A DNA stretch of 64,000 bases from Ruditapes philippinarum. Taxonomy: Eukaryota. The notes beneath the pieces were generated by a model. The model searched no databases. It worked only from the letters and a program-made list of their open reading frames with translations, and had not been told where the DNA came from. The position numbers and the translations under genes are program-made. Below, one piece after another: positions 13,959-28,503 of this stretch. Positions within the stretch are counted from its first letter, which is position 1. Each line of letters begins with the position of its first letter. Where the stretch lies: contig NW_026854566.1 in NCBI RefSeq assembly GCF_026571515.1, forward strand, positions 310,001 to 374,000, in the 5' to 3' direction.

Positions 13959-16572
13959 GTATTATAGTTTTAATCTGTATAATTATGTATAGTGTAATAT
14001 GTTTATTAATATAGTGCAATCTTAGGTGACAGTGCATTCTTGGATGACTTTTCTAAGAAGGCACTAGGCCAGACATTGGTAACAAACCTCTCAATCTACT
14101 CCCAGGTTTGCAAACACTTGGGGAGGGATAAAAAGGGATATTTTAACTCATGTCACTGTGTTGGAGGGGCATGGGTATAGTCTGGGTGAGCTCCAGCATA
14201 GGGGGGGTTGTTGAGGATGGAATGGAAAGATCAGTTATTGTTTTCCTCATTTCATCTATCCTTACAAAGTACTCAAATACCAATACTGGCTTATCTTCAG
14301 GAATAAGCAGATTTTTTTCTCCACCCGATTGTTTTTTGAATTCAAAGACTTCAATTTCATACATTCAAAGAACATGGTAATTTCTATTTGTTACAAAAAA
14401 GTGAATACATGTGTAACATTCACTTTTTACTGGCAGTATGTATTGATATATATATCTCATAAAGTAGGTAAATAATTTGGAAATTAACAAAATGTGTATG
14501 TAGGGACATTTAATGAAGGTTTTTACTATCGCCCCTTACCATTTTACCGTGCTACCGCTTACTGTTTTATTGAAGTTTAAGTGTGTACAGTACCAGATGT
14601 TTAAATATCTGACAGATCAATGATTCAATAAAGAAATACCTCCTTCTTTAAAGGCCTTCTTTAACTATCTCAGTTATACACCTTGTACTTATTCCTTGTT
14701 TAAATACCTCTTAGTGTCTCTCTTGTTGTTTAAAGCCCTGCTACAGTTGAAATCTTTGTTTAAATGCCCTGCTTTAATTAAAGTCTTTGTTTATAGGCAC
14801 TGCTACATTCATACTCCTTGTACATGAAAAACGTTTTTTTAATGTTTTACTCTGATATTTAACTTGCATTTTAAATGGGAAATCTTTGCCAGGAGGGGAA
14901 TTTTAGACAATTATTAATTTTGGGAGGAGGGGTGGGGGGAGATAGTTTTTAGGCTTGGGGAAGTAGCCAGGCACTGGCTACCGCAAAGAAAGGTAAAATT
15001 TAAAAAGGTCATGTACTTACAGAAATTATGCAAAATTATGGTTGTGGTCAATACTTTCCACTAATGCAAAATTTTACAATTTGTCAAAAGAGTACACAAT
15101 TGGTAGAAAATTCATTTAAAAGAAGTCAGTATAAAGGGCAATGCAAGTTGAAATGTACTTCAACTTTTTACCTATCATAACTGTTTTTGTTTTAGTGTTT
15201 AGTAGATGTATAAAATAATGAAGTTGTCGTAAGTTACTCTTACTTTTAATAAGCAAATGTTGGTAAAATTACCAACCCCACCCTGAGATCTGTCAAAAAT
15301 GACATTTGGTGAAGATTTATTCAGTTTTCAGATATGGCATTAAGTCAGAAGCAAATTTCCTGTCAGTTAAATAGAATTACCAGTTATATATATAAAATTG
15401 TCAGATATATAGAATTGTCAGTCACTTTACCAAGCTGGTACACAGAACTATCAGTACAATGTAACTTGATAACTGAATTTCTCTGGCATTATCATTCCCC
15501 GGCACAATAGTATCTATTTACACTACATGTATATTGTTCTCCCCACCACATTAAATCTAATTTCAATTAGTGTAATTCTGTTAGTGGAAATCTATTGGTA
15601 TTGAATACCAATTTCAAGTGGTGGTGTGGCCCAGTGGTTACCATTTCAGGCAAGTAACTTAAGTATTGCTGGTGATGTGGGTTCAATTCTTATGTTCAGA
15701 TTGTAAACATGAGACTGTAAACTCATTGCTAAATAATGGTTTGTTCCAAGAATGGATTCAAGGCTGTTTCAATAAGCTTATAGCTTCCAACATAATCAAA
15801 CAGAGATAAATTTGTATAAATTGAATAGAGATGTTGGTTGGAATTTCCAGAACTGTTATGGTGTTGTTATTTTTTTTACCTTTTTTACATGTTTATGTAT
15901 CTTATTCTTTATAGAAATATTCAGTTTTGAATCTGCATGTCACACTATGACTGCATTATAGAAAAGTCAATTTTCCTTCAATTTATAAATTTCTTTGAAA
16001 CTTGTATAAATTTCCATTGACAAAAAATGTGTATAATATGTTTATATAGAGAGAAAAGCATACTGTCTTATTACAGCAACAGCCTGACTGTGTAAATAAT
16101 GAATAGAATTGTTTTGGATAGGTTTTAAAATGAGTGTTGAACATGCAATTTCTAGGTTAATTGTTAGTTTAAAGAAAATTGAATTGAAGTACCGTACTTA
16201 CTGCGATATATGTAGTGCATTTATATTATTTTTCTAGTGCATTAGGTAACAAGTGGTTTTAAGATCCACTGTGAATTTTAAATTGTCAAGGTCATTGGGG
16301 TGTCTGTGGATGAGTGGTACTAAGGTTGATGACTTCACACCACTTGCCTTTCACTGCTGCAGGTTGGAGCCGTGCAAGCGTTTTTTATTCTTTCATGTGC
16401 ATGAAACTGTTGCTGTAAAAATCTATTAAAACAAGTCCCAGGTCTGGAATGAACCTGTATTGCATTGTCAATTATGTCAGTGAAAAACATTCACTTTTGG
16501 CCATTGCTTGAAAAGAACTTCTTCATTTTTCTGAATCATCTTTTCCTTGTGCAGTATTTTTTTTCGTTACAG

Positions 16573-16771
16573 CTTATAGCGGATTTTGAGGAACAGGGTG
16601 GTCCCCGTTCTCATCATAATGGTGGGGATGGGCAAAGTGTTAGTTCGACGGGAACCGGGAGTCCCGATATATTTGCTGCGGAATTAGCCAATCACAAACC
16701 TAATCATCATCGAGGGTACTCTTTCGACAGCCAGAATGATGTGATTGTTACAGACATAGATATAAGTTCAG
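16573..16771 (+). CDS. PARD3: Par-3 coding exon 3
   Basis: LIADFEEQGGPRSHHNGGDGQSVSSTGTGSPDIF..., matching the conserved GGDG.S.SSTGT.SP.IF motif. Acceptor TTACAG, donor G|GTAAAA, phase 0-1. Confidence 0.93.
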
Positions 16772-17074
16772 GTAAAAATCTTGTCTTGTATAGAATAGTG
16801 AGTGATATAGTTTGATATAGATAATATAAAACCCTTGTGACAGCATTGAAATTTCTAAATGTAAAATTATTTAAAATAGACATTGAATTCAGGTCATGTA
16901 AGACATTGATGGCAGTTCAAATGAACATGCAGACATAAATATTAGTCAATGACACACTTTTCTTAGAATTTATTCTGAGTGAAAGAAACTTCACTAATGT
17001 CCAAAAGCATAAAATGGTAAACTTTAAATTTCCTTCTTGGATCAACTTTCATATTTTATTTTTGGAGGGGCATC

Positions 17075-17285
17075 TGTAGATTCAAGCTGCACCAGCATCT
17101 TTGTATTTTCTCATGTGAGAAAGCTATCAAGCAAGCTTATTCAAGGTTCATGGTTCTACAGGGTGGCTGTCTGTGTCTGAAATATTGCACAAAGGTGTAC
17201 CTATGGTCTTCTTCCGCCAGTAGAAACTGGAATGTCGCCATATGACCACTGTGTGAGTGCAACATAAAACCATACTAAAAATAAA
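17075..17285 (+). mobile_element. Degenerate SINE copy
   Basis: Shares CATGTGAGAAAGCTATC..GGTTCTAC..GTCTTCTTCC..CTGGAATGTCGCCATATGACC..AAAA with the family at 575-815. Confidence 0.55.
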
Positions 17286-17419
17286 GAGAGAAATGTTTTG
17301 GGGGAAATCAAGTTAGAAATCTCAAGTTAGTGAACAGTTTAGAGCCTTATGTCAGACTGCATGGATGTGCAGGCTAGCCTGTATTTTTTCATCATTACAT
17401 TATAATGTATTTTGTTCAG

Positions 17420-17550
17420 GTTCTGGTCTAACTGTTCGTAGAGGGAGTGAACCTGCCCTTAATGTACTGGAAGATGAAAACGTCACACCTTCAAAACAGA
17501 ACAAACACAATAATAGAAGCTTTGATGACAATGCTGGACACAAGAAACAA
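17420..17550 (+). CDS. PARD3: Par-3 coding exon 4 (conserved PAR-1/14-3-3 site)
   Basis: GSGLTVRRGSEPALNV..., corresponding to vertebrate VRRSSDPAL. Acceptor TTCAG, donor CAA|GTAAGT, phase 1-0. Confidence 0.9.
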
Positions 17551-20500
17551 GTAAGTTATTACAGGGGAAATGTCAGGAAATTGTTAACACTAGCCCTGCT
17601 TTCCACAGGAAATGGCAGGGATTGTGACCCTGGATTATAAGACCCTGTGCCCAGTACTCCAGGAAATCGTATATACTGTATGGATGACCTACAGTCAGAT
17701 GGTCCTAATCAGCAACGTAATTTTCCCCTCTTATAAATGAAATCACAGTACCATTTTGTGCTAGTCTATACAATTCAATGTGTACCATGTTTTTCGATTG
17801 CCTTTCTATATTGGGAGCCTATTAATTTTTTACCCTTGTACCTTTCTTGCAAAAACAAATTTGCTTATCCACTGTGCTCTAGAGGGCTCCAATATTAACA
17901 GTCAAACAAATCTTAGGTCTTAAGCAAAACAAAATCACTTGGAAAGCTTCTGACACATTTTTTGTACTCTTAGTCAAAAATGATAGTTTGCCAAAAAAAC
18001 CTCCAGTGTTAGATATTATCTAGACATGCTGTCCTTAAAATAAGAATTTTAACTTGGGGTGAATTATCATGATGTAAGACAAGAGTGAGATAAATTTTCT
18101 ATGAAATGTGATAAACAAATGAGATATAAATAAATCTGTCAGACAGTGAAGAAAACATAACATTTCCTTCTCTCTTTTTAACCCAATGAAATCTAATCAT
18201 ATTTTGATAGGAACCTTTTACTTTAGGCTAGAAAATCCATGGGTGGTAGAGATAGTTTTGTGCATTTTCACTTTGGCAGAAAAAGAAACGTAACTTTATC
18301 ATATTGAAAAGGAAATATAGTTTAGCACTTGCATCTATTCATCATAAAGAATGATTAACATACTTCAAGAATAGAAAATTTCCTTATCTCTGGCACTATC
18401 CTCCATGAAAGATAAATATAATTACAGTTGAGCGTACCATACCATATAACACATCTCTTTTATAAACTTACTTTGTCATTTCATGTTAAATTGCTGCAAA
18501 ATGATAAAGTCATTAGGAAAGAAGGTAAAAACTCATACCCCTCTCACTATCCCCTTGTTGCTGCAAACCCACCAGAATAAAGAGATGGAGTATTTACTGT
18601 AAATGGTGTTTTATAGGATTCTTACAGCCTGCATTTACAAACATTTGGTTTGCATACAGATGGCTTATGTCTGTTTAATATTATAATCATGCTCAAAGAA
18701 TTAATCCTTACCTCATTTAATGTCTTAAATGGACTTGTCCATCTTTCTATCTAGACAAAACATTTTGAGGACAAACTTTAAAGCTAGAACTGACTGAGTA
18801 GCGAACAATGCAGACCATGATCAAACAGCACAGGCTAAAGGTTAAACAAATGAGACTATGAATCATATTTCCACAGCAATGTGAGATGATGTTTTAAATA
18901 AAAAAATAATAGGAATTGAAACAATAAAAAACAACAACAAAAATGGTTAACCTTCATGTGACAGTGCTGTTAACATTACAATGTTGCCCAGTCTAAACAA
19001 AGCATTCCACATGCTGTTGTCAGATCAGAAACAGTCTAGTGTGTAGCCATAGGGGACATTTTGAACATTCCTGCTGTGAATTATTTATCAGGCTACCACT
19101 GTCTTCAATGTAATTAGAATAAAATAGGACAAAAAAGTCCTCCTCAATTTCCAGCATGAAATTGATATTGGACAACAAAGTGTCTGCATTTGGGATGATT
19201 CTGTATTATTTCCGACATCAGAGGCTCTTGGGAAAACTGTCTTATGTGGTTCTTAATTTTCAATGTGATACGTAAGAATTGCAACAAGTTCTGGAATTAT
19301 CGAGTTAATACATTTATATATTGCCATGGGCAGTATTTCTGTTTGACCGATTGATGGATGTCATTGTAGCAACTGGTTTTAGAGTTGATTTCAATCAATG
19401 AACAAGATTTGGATAAATCTATAAAATTTTCTACTTTCTTTTTACTTCTCTTTGGGTTTCATTTTCTGACACTTTTAAGGCATACTCATTACGGTTGGGA
19501 TTAACCTTAATGCCCCTTGCATGCATAACATGTATTTCCGGCATAAGTTCATAATTATAGGCTAGTATACAGTAGGTAATAAATTCTCAGTACTTTACCT
19601 AAAAATTTTGATCGGTTAGTTATTATAAAAAAAAAACACAACAAAACCCTCCCCCCCCCCCAAAAAAAAAAAAAACAAAAAAAAAAAAAAACAAGACAAA
19701 AGGTTACTTTGAGAAGAAAGAATGGAAGATGAAAGGGTGGGGGGGAGGGGTAACTAGTCCACTTGTGTTGAGAAAGTGAAGTTTTTTTTATATTTTTACT
19801 TCAAAAGTAAAAATATACTTGCTGTTAGAATGTCTTACAAAAAAGTGAAATAAAGACGAAAATTTTTACTTAACAGTACATCTTAAGCAGGCAAAAACAA
19901 ATTATTTTTCCTTCTTTAGAGAGTGCAAACATGACTTAAATAATATTATTTTAAAAATGGTTTAAGAGCATGTTAAATGTTTTATGATATGATATCATCT
20001 GAGCATAGTAGCACTGAATGTGAAATTATTTGTCATGGCAAAATGTAAGCAAAATAGTATTTGTACAATCATACAAAATAGTAATTTTCACTATAACTGT
20101 ATTAATTGTTAAAGGTATCAGGTCGACTAAATGGGCTCAAATTATTGGAGACTATGCATCTCTTAGCTCCAGCAGGTGAGGTAGTTTTGACCCCTGGTGT
20201 TGCTTTAACTTTGTAACACCCGAGGTAAGCTAAAATCATCTATTCTGTTTCGGCACCATATGACCTAAACTATGTTGGTGATCTGAAAAACCAAACAAAA
20301 TAAAAAAAAGATAAACTTCCTACATCCTGTTACTGCACTTTTAAATGATTACTAGTATATGCAGTCATTGTATTCTAGTGAGAATTGTTCTAACATAATC
20401 AAAGATCAAGTCACTGTGTAAAGTATGGCAGTTGATTCACAGAGAAGAATATATTTTCTACTTGCACTAGGAGGGCCAATTACTCATCATCAGCATTGTG

Positions 20501-22601
20501 TTTTCTACATCAGAATAGGTTGACTTAATTTGATTGGCATCGGTATGGTAAAAAAATAATTATCCAGTGATGGAAGATCAGAAATGTGGCCTTAGAAATG
20601 TTTGTTATGTTGTTGTTCTCTTATGAATGAGGCTAGGCAAAAAAATATGATAATTTAACTGTTTTTTTTTGGCAATTTGCAATGGTTTTTTTTTTTTGGT
20701 GCCAATTCATATAATTGTGAGAACACTGGGAACTATTGTTATTTATAAATTACAGGTGCTTTTCATTTCATAATTATAAAAAATATGTAATGTTTCCCTA
20801 GTACTAGTATGTAAAAATATCTTCTATTACCCTATCACCACTATTTTTGTTTAGTGGACTTTCCCTGCTTTTATTATTGAATGGTATGTTGCTATTCTTA
20901 GTGGTTTTAGTATAAAAATGCTAAAGTTAAGCAGAAATTTGTGTAGGATCAGGCAAGACTGTGCAAGTGTGTGGGCGGGCCTGACATTTTACTACTAGCC
21001 TCTGCCAACAGGGGGCTCACAATGACTATGTTTCGAGTGTAAATGGTGCTATTATTATAAAACTTAATAATATTTTTAAGACTGCATGCTTCCAGACGAG
21101 CCAATATGTTTCAAGAACATCAAACTTGAGAAAAATGTACTAAGATTTTAAGGAAAAGAAAAAAGATTCAAGATTCAAGTAATTATTCACATGTTATAAT
21201 TGTTATTAATGACTGATTTTGCAATATTTATCACCATATTTTTAGTGCATGACTAATGCAGTAACTGAGTATTTTTTGCATAATTTGACCTCCTTTTGGT
21301 AATTTACATGGATTATATATGTAAATCACTTCACAATATTTTACTTTTATTAAATACATTCATGAATTTTAGCGTGAATCTTGGGAGATGCTGCTTTAAT
21401 ATAGAGATCCCTCACAATGACTAAGCATTTATTCAATATTGTAAGATATGCAAATAACAAAAAAGAAATAATATGACAATGCATAGCTTGTCAATATGAT
21501 GCCTTTTCTTCCTAACTTGGGTGAAGGGAGAAATCTCATGCCCCAGTCTATTTATGTTTAATGGTTAGGGATAAATTCTTTGTTGTCAGATTGCTCTTTA
21601 AACAATTCTTCCAAGAGACACACCAAATGATTAAAAATTAGGCTGTTCCAGATTGCATTTCAAAGACTGTGGGATTTTCTTTTAAACAATGGAATAAATT
21701 CTGTGCAGAACTAAATGAGTTTTGTCAAAAACCTGGTAGAAGTGCAATTGAGTAAACATATTAACCAGAAAATTCCATTAGTTTTAATTAACTGGCCGCT
21801 TAATTATGGGGGTAATTCATCCCCACCATCTGATTGTCTCAGTTCAAGAGGGGACCGTCTGTAGCATGTTGTCATGGCAATTTTAGATTTAGGGGATAGA
21901 AAAAGGATTGGAAATAATTGGGGATGGCCTTTAGGGAATTATAATTTTGGTACAGAATGTGACAGAAATATCATGCATTTTATTGGAATTCTGTGGTTTT
22001 ACCAGGCTATTAGAATGATATTGGCTGGATATTGAATACCAATTTATTTAATATGGAGGGAAAAATTAGCCATTTAAAGAATTGTTGTAAGAGTATAAAA
22101 TGAACTATTTTCACTCCAATGCTACGGGTAGGAGGTATTTGACCGTATTTCCCCTGATTAATTTGAGTGAAAAATTATACATTTATAATAAAGTCTATGT
22201 TTATGATCCCTTTTTCGCATTTACTGTATTAAAGAAGTCATGTTAAAAACAGAATAGGATGTCAACAATATAAGTTTTGCCCTGAAAAGTTAAAACTTGG
22301 AAGTTAAGCAATAGTGAAATATAGATCTATATTCAATTCACATTTTATGTACAGGGTGATAAATAGATAATTCATTGAGACAAATTTCACCATGCTTGAA
22401 ACGCAAGATGAGTGTTTTTATTCCATCTTAAAACCTTCAGTATATACATGTATAAGATGTAACTTTTCACCTATTTCGTCACATTTGACTGACTTTTACA
22501 GGATTAGTTATACAGTTTACCTGTTAGTAAAATACATGAGATGTCATGTAAAATACATGAGGTCTCTTGGGTCTCTTGAGGTCAACTAGGATGTTGAAGG
22601 T

Positions 22602-22808
22602 CTTAACGCTTACCCTGCCGGAACCAAAAGTGATTAGTCTCTGCCGCTGGCATAGAGCCAGGCCAGCCTGCACATCCATGACATCTGACCAGGCTCGATA
22701 CTGTTGGCTGATTACCTTGAAATATTCATCTTGACATCCCTAAATTTGATAATGAACAGTTCCAAAAATGGAAGCTGGACAAGTCCATTTAAGAAATTCA
22801 GGAGGTTA
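22602..22808 (+). mobile_element. Short dispersed MITE-like element (TTAA/CCCT-type ends)
   Basis: Starts TTAAC.CTTACCCTGC and contains GGACAAGTCCATTTAAG. Degenerate relatives near 18700, 24953, 26100, 31480 and 38870. Confidence 0.5.
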
Positions 22809-24382
22809 TTTAGTAGCCAAATGATAATGGCTTCCTTATTGGTGGTACTCAGTGCCGTTGCTATGTTGAGGCACAATTACTATGTATTTTCAACATTAAT
22901 TTGTTCAAACATGAACATTAGGAACATTCTTGGTGGTTAGTATTCTTCTACCAAAAACTCTTCTAAATGCAGGATTTTGCTGCTAGCCACCACCTACCCC
23001 TTTTTTTCTGCCATAATTTTTTTTAATGAATGACAAAATAACAAGGAAAAATTGAGCATATCGGATTTTATCTAATATTTATGAAAAAGAGTTGAGCAAG
23101 GAGAGAATACCCCCTTTAAAACTTAGGCCATCATCATTACATTATTTATTCATAACAACGTTTTTTACCGGCAGCCGGTATACGTTTAAATGTTTAAACC
23201 AATATGTTTTAAGTATTCATTTTGAAGCTGAAGATACGATGCGGAGTATTAACAAAAACATCGTGAAACTTGAGAAGTCACGTCTTTTGTGACCAAGTAA
23301 TAATATATTTTAAACGCTTCACGTTTTTAATGAAAAATAAATTTTAATCTTTGACTTCCGCAAGCGTTTTGCGATAGTAATGAATTTAATCACGCAATAT
23401 TTGATTACGGTATAGTCTTGTGCGGTTTTCCGGTCTGCGTTCTTGAAGGATTGCTTGTGCCAGTGACTTATAACTTGATAAGTAGGGGAAAACTGATGTA
23501 ACTTATATTTTATACATCAGTTGAGCTACAACACTCTGCTGTTGAATGCTTCAAATTTTAAATTTTATCAAACCTGTCCAAGATTATGGTAAGAGATGAA
23601 AATGAATTGTCTACTCAGCTATTATATTGGGCATCTCATATTTTTGTCTCCCCAGGATTTGTTTACAAGTTTTAATGAATCATCGTAGAACAGCAGCTGG
23701 CCTTTGCATGATTTACTTGTCAATTAGGCAGATAATATACAAATTTGGCTAAAAAAGAATGTTTTGCAATCATTTTGAAAAAAAGAAGAAAGAGAAATAA
23801 TAAAATATTAAAAAGTAATGAAATAAATAAATAACAAAGTAACATTTTGTTTATATAAGTTGACTTTCTGGTTTAAAGCTTAATATAAATTACTAAATAC
23901 AAAAATGCTGGTTTACAATATATAATATAATATCAACAATTAATGGTGCACTTAAAAAAAAATCACCCTTTTGCTCTTTTCTCATCTATGTAAAATGGCA
24001 TTGGAGTTTAAATCTTAATTTCAAGATCATTAAAATGTCAGTTTAGATATGTAGTTAATGTTGTAACAGATGATGTATTAATTTTTTGACATCATGTCCT
24101 CCATCAGATATTATCAACATGCTCATAGTTTTAATGACACGATACATACCAAGTTTAAGATAATGTTTCTTGTGTGTAAAAGGATGGGGGTGGGGGTGGG
24201 GGAGGGGGTCTTATGGGGGCTATAAGTTAAGGTTGCTGTTTAATAATCACTCAGGACAGTCACTGGTATGGTTTGAATGTTGTTCAGGACATCATGTGAG
24301 GAAGGTACCCACTTGCTTTAAGTTGGTTGATTTAAAGGCCTATGACTCATTAGCTTTGCACTATGTTTGCACTATGTAGTGA

Positions 24383-24595
24383 ACTGCCTCCATGGTCGAG
24401 GGGTTAGAGTCGATGACTTCTAATCCAGTTACCTCTCTGGCGTGGGTTCGATCCCCAGGAGATGCTTTGGTAGTTTAGCACGGAGGAAGGTAGTCTAGTA
24501 CTGGTGTAACTCTCCAGGAACGATGGTTAGGAAACTACCCGCCTATATGACTGAAATACTGTTGGAAAAAGGCGTTAAATGAAACAAACAAACAA
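24383..24595 (+). mobile_element. tRNA-derived SINE with 12-bp target-site duplication
   Basis: A-box-like TGGTCGAG, B-box GGGTTCGATCCC, 3' CTGAAATACTGTTGGAAAAAGGCGTTAAA plus a (AAAC)n tail. TSD ACTATGTAGTGA at 24371-24382 and 24596-24607. Confidence 0.85.
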
Positions 24596-27500
24596 ACTAT
24601 GTAGTGATGTCATTATATTCACTGCACAGTCAGGTGCAATAAATCTAATGAAGACTTCTTTTTTGACAAATACCAGTACTTGCTACGCTTCACCATTTAT
24701 GCCTCATGCATTATCATTTGATATAACCATATCCTATATTTAGGTATTTATATTTAGCTAAATTAGTTGAAAGTGTCTAAAAATAGATCTGATAAAGTTC
24801 ACGTTTTAACAAAGATTTTTGTTTATGCTATTTTTGATCATTTTTGGCTGGCCACAAAGTGTTTCAAGTTTCAAGCAAAATGAATCTGATACTGTCCACA
24901 AGTTGTTGTAAATGAAACACCCCATTAACTCACCAAACAATAGAGAAAATATTAACCCTTATGTCCTAAGGTCATGGTCTGCTTGGTTGCTATTTAGTCA
25001 GTACTTATTTTGAAATTATCCCTAAAAAATGATGAATGGTTTCACCCAGAGTTCAAAAGGTTCATTTAAGATAATTAGGGTGGAAAGGCTTTAAATGACA
25101 CTATACATGTATATCCAAGGCAATGCCAGTTGACCAAACTGTATACTATTGGCTCCTGATATTTTTTTTTTTATTCCTTAAGATAACAATAGACTCATTC
25201 AAGTTGCAAAGCAAGTGAGGCAAATAAAAGTCAAAGTGGGGGAGTGGGGGGAGGGTGTAATGTGTAGTTTTCAGATGAAAAAGGAAAAAGCTTCATGCTC
25301 ATTTCATATGAAACATTTAATGTGTAGTCAAAATGAGCATGTTTTGTGTCTTGTTAATCAATATGGGGGAAGATAAATGGCCCATTTGCTGGCGGTATGG
25401 TCTGGTCTGACCATTAGGGTTAATGTATGATAATGGTCATCTAAGGTTACAGGGCTAAACTGAGGTCAGTCAGCTGAACAATAGGCTTGGGAGAAAGGAA
25501 ATGAAAATGATAAAATAAAGAATAACGAGATAAGGGAAGGGAGATAATTCTTGAGTGTGTTTAGTTTGCAGGATTGTTGCATTGATAACATAATAAAGTC
25601 ATGAGTGTGTACTGTATAGTTTGTTTGATTGTCAAGTCACCATTGAATCTTGTTTGTTTGTTTCATTTTACACTTTTTCCCAACAGTATTTCAGTCATAT
25701 ACGCACTATTGAATCTATTTTGGCATTTTGGCAAATTCTGTATGAATTAACTTCACATGGATCACCTTTGTAATTTTCCTCTGACTTCTTTCCAATGTAC
25801 TGTCACCACAAAAATTGCAACTTGATGAGTGTTTGTTGCTCTGTTTTATTAGTATCAGACTGATATGACTGTCTTGTAACATTGTTTTTAGTTCAACACT
25901 ATCACTTTATTTTGAAGTTTTTGTCAATGTTTTAAGTTTAACCCATAGCTTGTTTGTCCAACTAATTGTATTAATTGTGATGAGATATTGTGCTATCTTG
26001 TGTATAGGATTCTGTTCCCCAGAGCAAAACTATCTCAGAAGCTAACTTTGGTAACTATGTCAATATATTTTGACTTAATAGCCTGTTTGTTGCTATTTTA
26101 TTCTACCCATGGCAACCAGTGCAGACCTGTAACATTGGTAATTATTTTGAAATTTTCTTATAAAAATATTGAAAGGTTTTGTCCATATTGAAAGATGGAC
26201 AAGTCTATTTAAGTATTTTAGCAGGGGAAGCATTCAGTAGTTTTCTTCCATTGATTGTCTTCTAATAGATTTAAGCACTCACACAGTTGTCTCCCTCATA
26301 CTGACTGAGAAAAAGTCTTAAAATTTAGTAAATGCCACTCTTTTGAGTGCTAGAGGCAGTACTGGCATCCTGGTTGTTCTAGTTTTTCTTAGTTTTATAT
26401 AAGTGCTCCTTAATGTCTTATATGCTAGTTCACTAGTAGTCTGTGTTTTTTCATCTTCTTAGTTAATGGTTAAATTGACATGGTGTTACTTTCAGCTGAG
26501 CACGAATTATAGATCCTATGTCATGACCGTAATGAACCCCCAAAAAATATATATGTTTTTTTGACTGTCAAAGATGATTACATTTACTAAAACGTGAAAG
26601 TTAATTTTAAAAAAACAGTGTATATATAGTGTATTATATACTGTCACAGTAAACAGGTATACTTTTACACACCTATAGATATCTCAAGTAACCTTTAAAC
26701 CATAAACTTTTACTATAACACTGTCATTTGATAGTGTCGCCTCTTTAATAATGTGTTTATGCAAAAAAAATGTTGACATATAAACAAATGGAGTTTTACA
26801 GATGTTATAACACCTTTACGTCTTTACAAGTCGGCAGGAGATACTTAGATATATTGTATTAATTAGGTTCAAGTTGTATGAATATTGCTAAAAATAAACA
26901 GTTTTTGGGGGTGGGGATTGTATATTTTTTAATTGTGAAAGACATAAATAAAAATAAAAGTGTACAGCGGTTAATTGGCCTATTAAGATATAGTTACTAC
27001 AGGCTTGTTTATTTATGTTAATCATTGAAATGTTACCCCGACCTATTACGGCTAGTGTAACTGTAGATAAGCTGAGCTATTAATTATGTCTGACTGTCAT
27101 ATTAATATACATTGTAGATAAAAATCCCTGCGTGTATATTAGGTCCATAGAAAAAAGAAGTGTGAATGATATTAATTTAATGTATATTATGCTATCTTAC
27201 GATTAAAAACCCACTTAAGCCTGAAGTTTTTGTCTTAATGTCTACATTATCTGTGATATAAATTGGATATTATTAAGGCAACGGGGATAATGTTTCCTTG
27301 AGTGATTTTTTTGTATGTTTCGAGAATGATTGGATTCAGTAACGCCATAGAAATTATCATAGTTTATGAAATCTAATACATTTTAATAGATTTTAATTGT
27401 TAAACTTTGGTTATTTTATTTTAACAAACCATGTTGTAAAGCGTTGATTGAGAAATTAAGTGTTGATGGTACTTTATATTTCGTTAATTTGTTTGCATGT

Positions 27501-28367
27501 AAGACTAATTAAACTTAAATAATTATAAATTGAAATATTGTTAGGATACGATAAGTACAGTGAACTTGAAAATGAAAATTTGGAAACGCAGTCTGTATCA
27601 TGGTATGTGTACTATTTCAAAAAGGTGAACTTGGTGTGTTATTTCGAGGTCAAACATAAAAAGATGATGTGGCGTAAATGAAGGAAAGATGCTTATGTAA
27701 ATATTTATACGAAAAATTTTATATATGTGGATGTAATAAAAATAGCACACTTGTTATTGTGTCTTTCAAGGAAGTTGGTCCATTATATACGCTATATTAC
27801 GCACCACAAAATTTTATCCAAGATGTAAATCATTAAGTGTGGGGTATATCTGTAACTTTTTTCTGAAAATGCATTTCAACTAGGACACTAAATGTATGTT
27901 GGTTTTATAATCTGAAAAGGAAGTATGAAAAGCAAGTATACAAAAGATGTATTTATGAAATTTGTTCAAACGGAGATATAAGTTGATTGATGGGTTGATG
28001 GATTTAGAATGCATACTAGAAGTAAGTCGCAATAATTTCCATTAGTACTGAATTGAACCAAATTTTAACATGTTCGTAATTTTAATTTTAACTGTGACGT
28101 TGTCATGTGAAATTTTGACACCTTTGAAATATTTTTTTTTTTTACCTATCTGGAAAGAAAGACCCCATATGATGATTTTGTTACTTAGGTGTAAAGATAT
28201 TTGTTATTTTAGTTCTTATCTTAATGAGAAAGGTTGAGTATATTATATAAGATCAAAATCTACAGTATGTTTATGTTAATTATATTATCTTAGGTTCATC
28301 TTAATTATGAAAGTGAATAGTAGTCACTCTAGGGTATGAAAACATGACATTTTTTGTTGGCATAACA

Positions 28368-28503
28368 CACAGGCACGAGTATTGGACCTGGGAAGAACAA
28401 ATATGACCAGATTGATAAAAAAAAACCTGTGTTCATCTTAAAAGTGTCAAAAAAAAAAAAAAAAAAAAAAATGTAAATAATGACCCCCTTTAAAAATATA
28501 CTT
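28368..28503 (-). mobile_element. Partial copy of the MITE at 45334-45507
   Basis: Reverse-complement match over ~130 bp, including one TIR (CACAGGCACGAGTAT). Confidence 0.8.
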
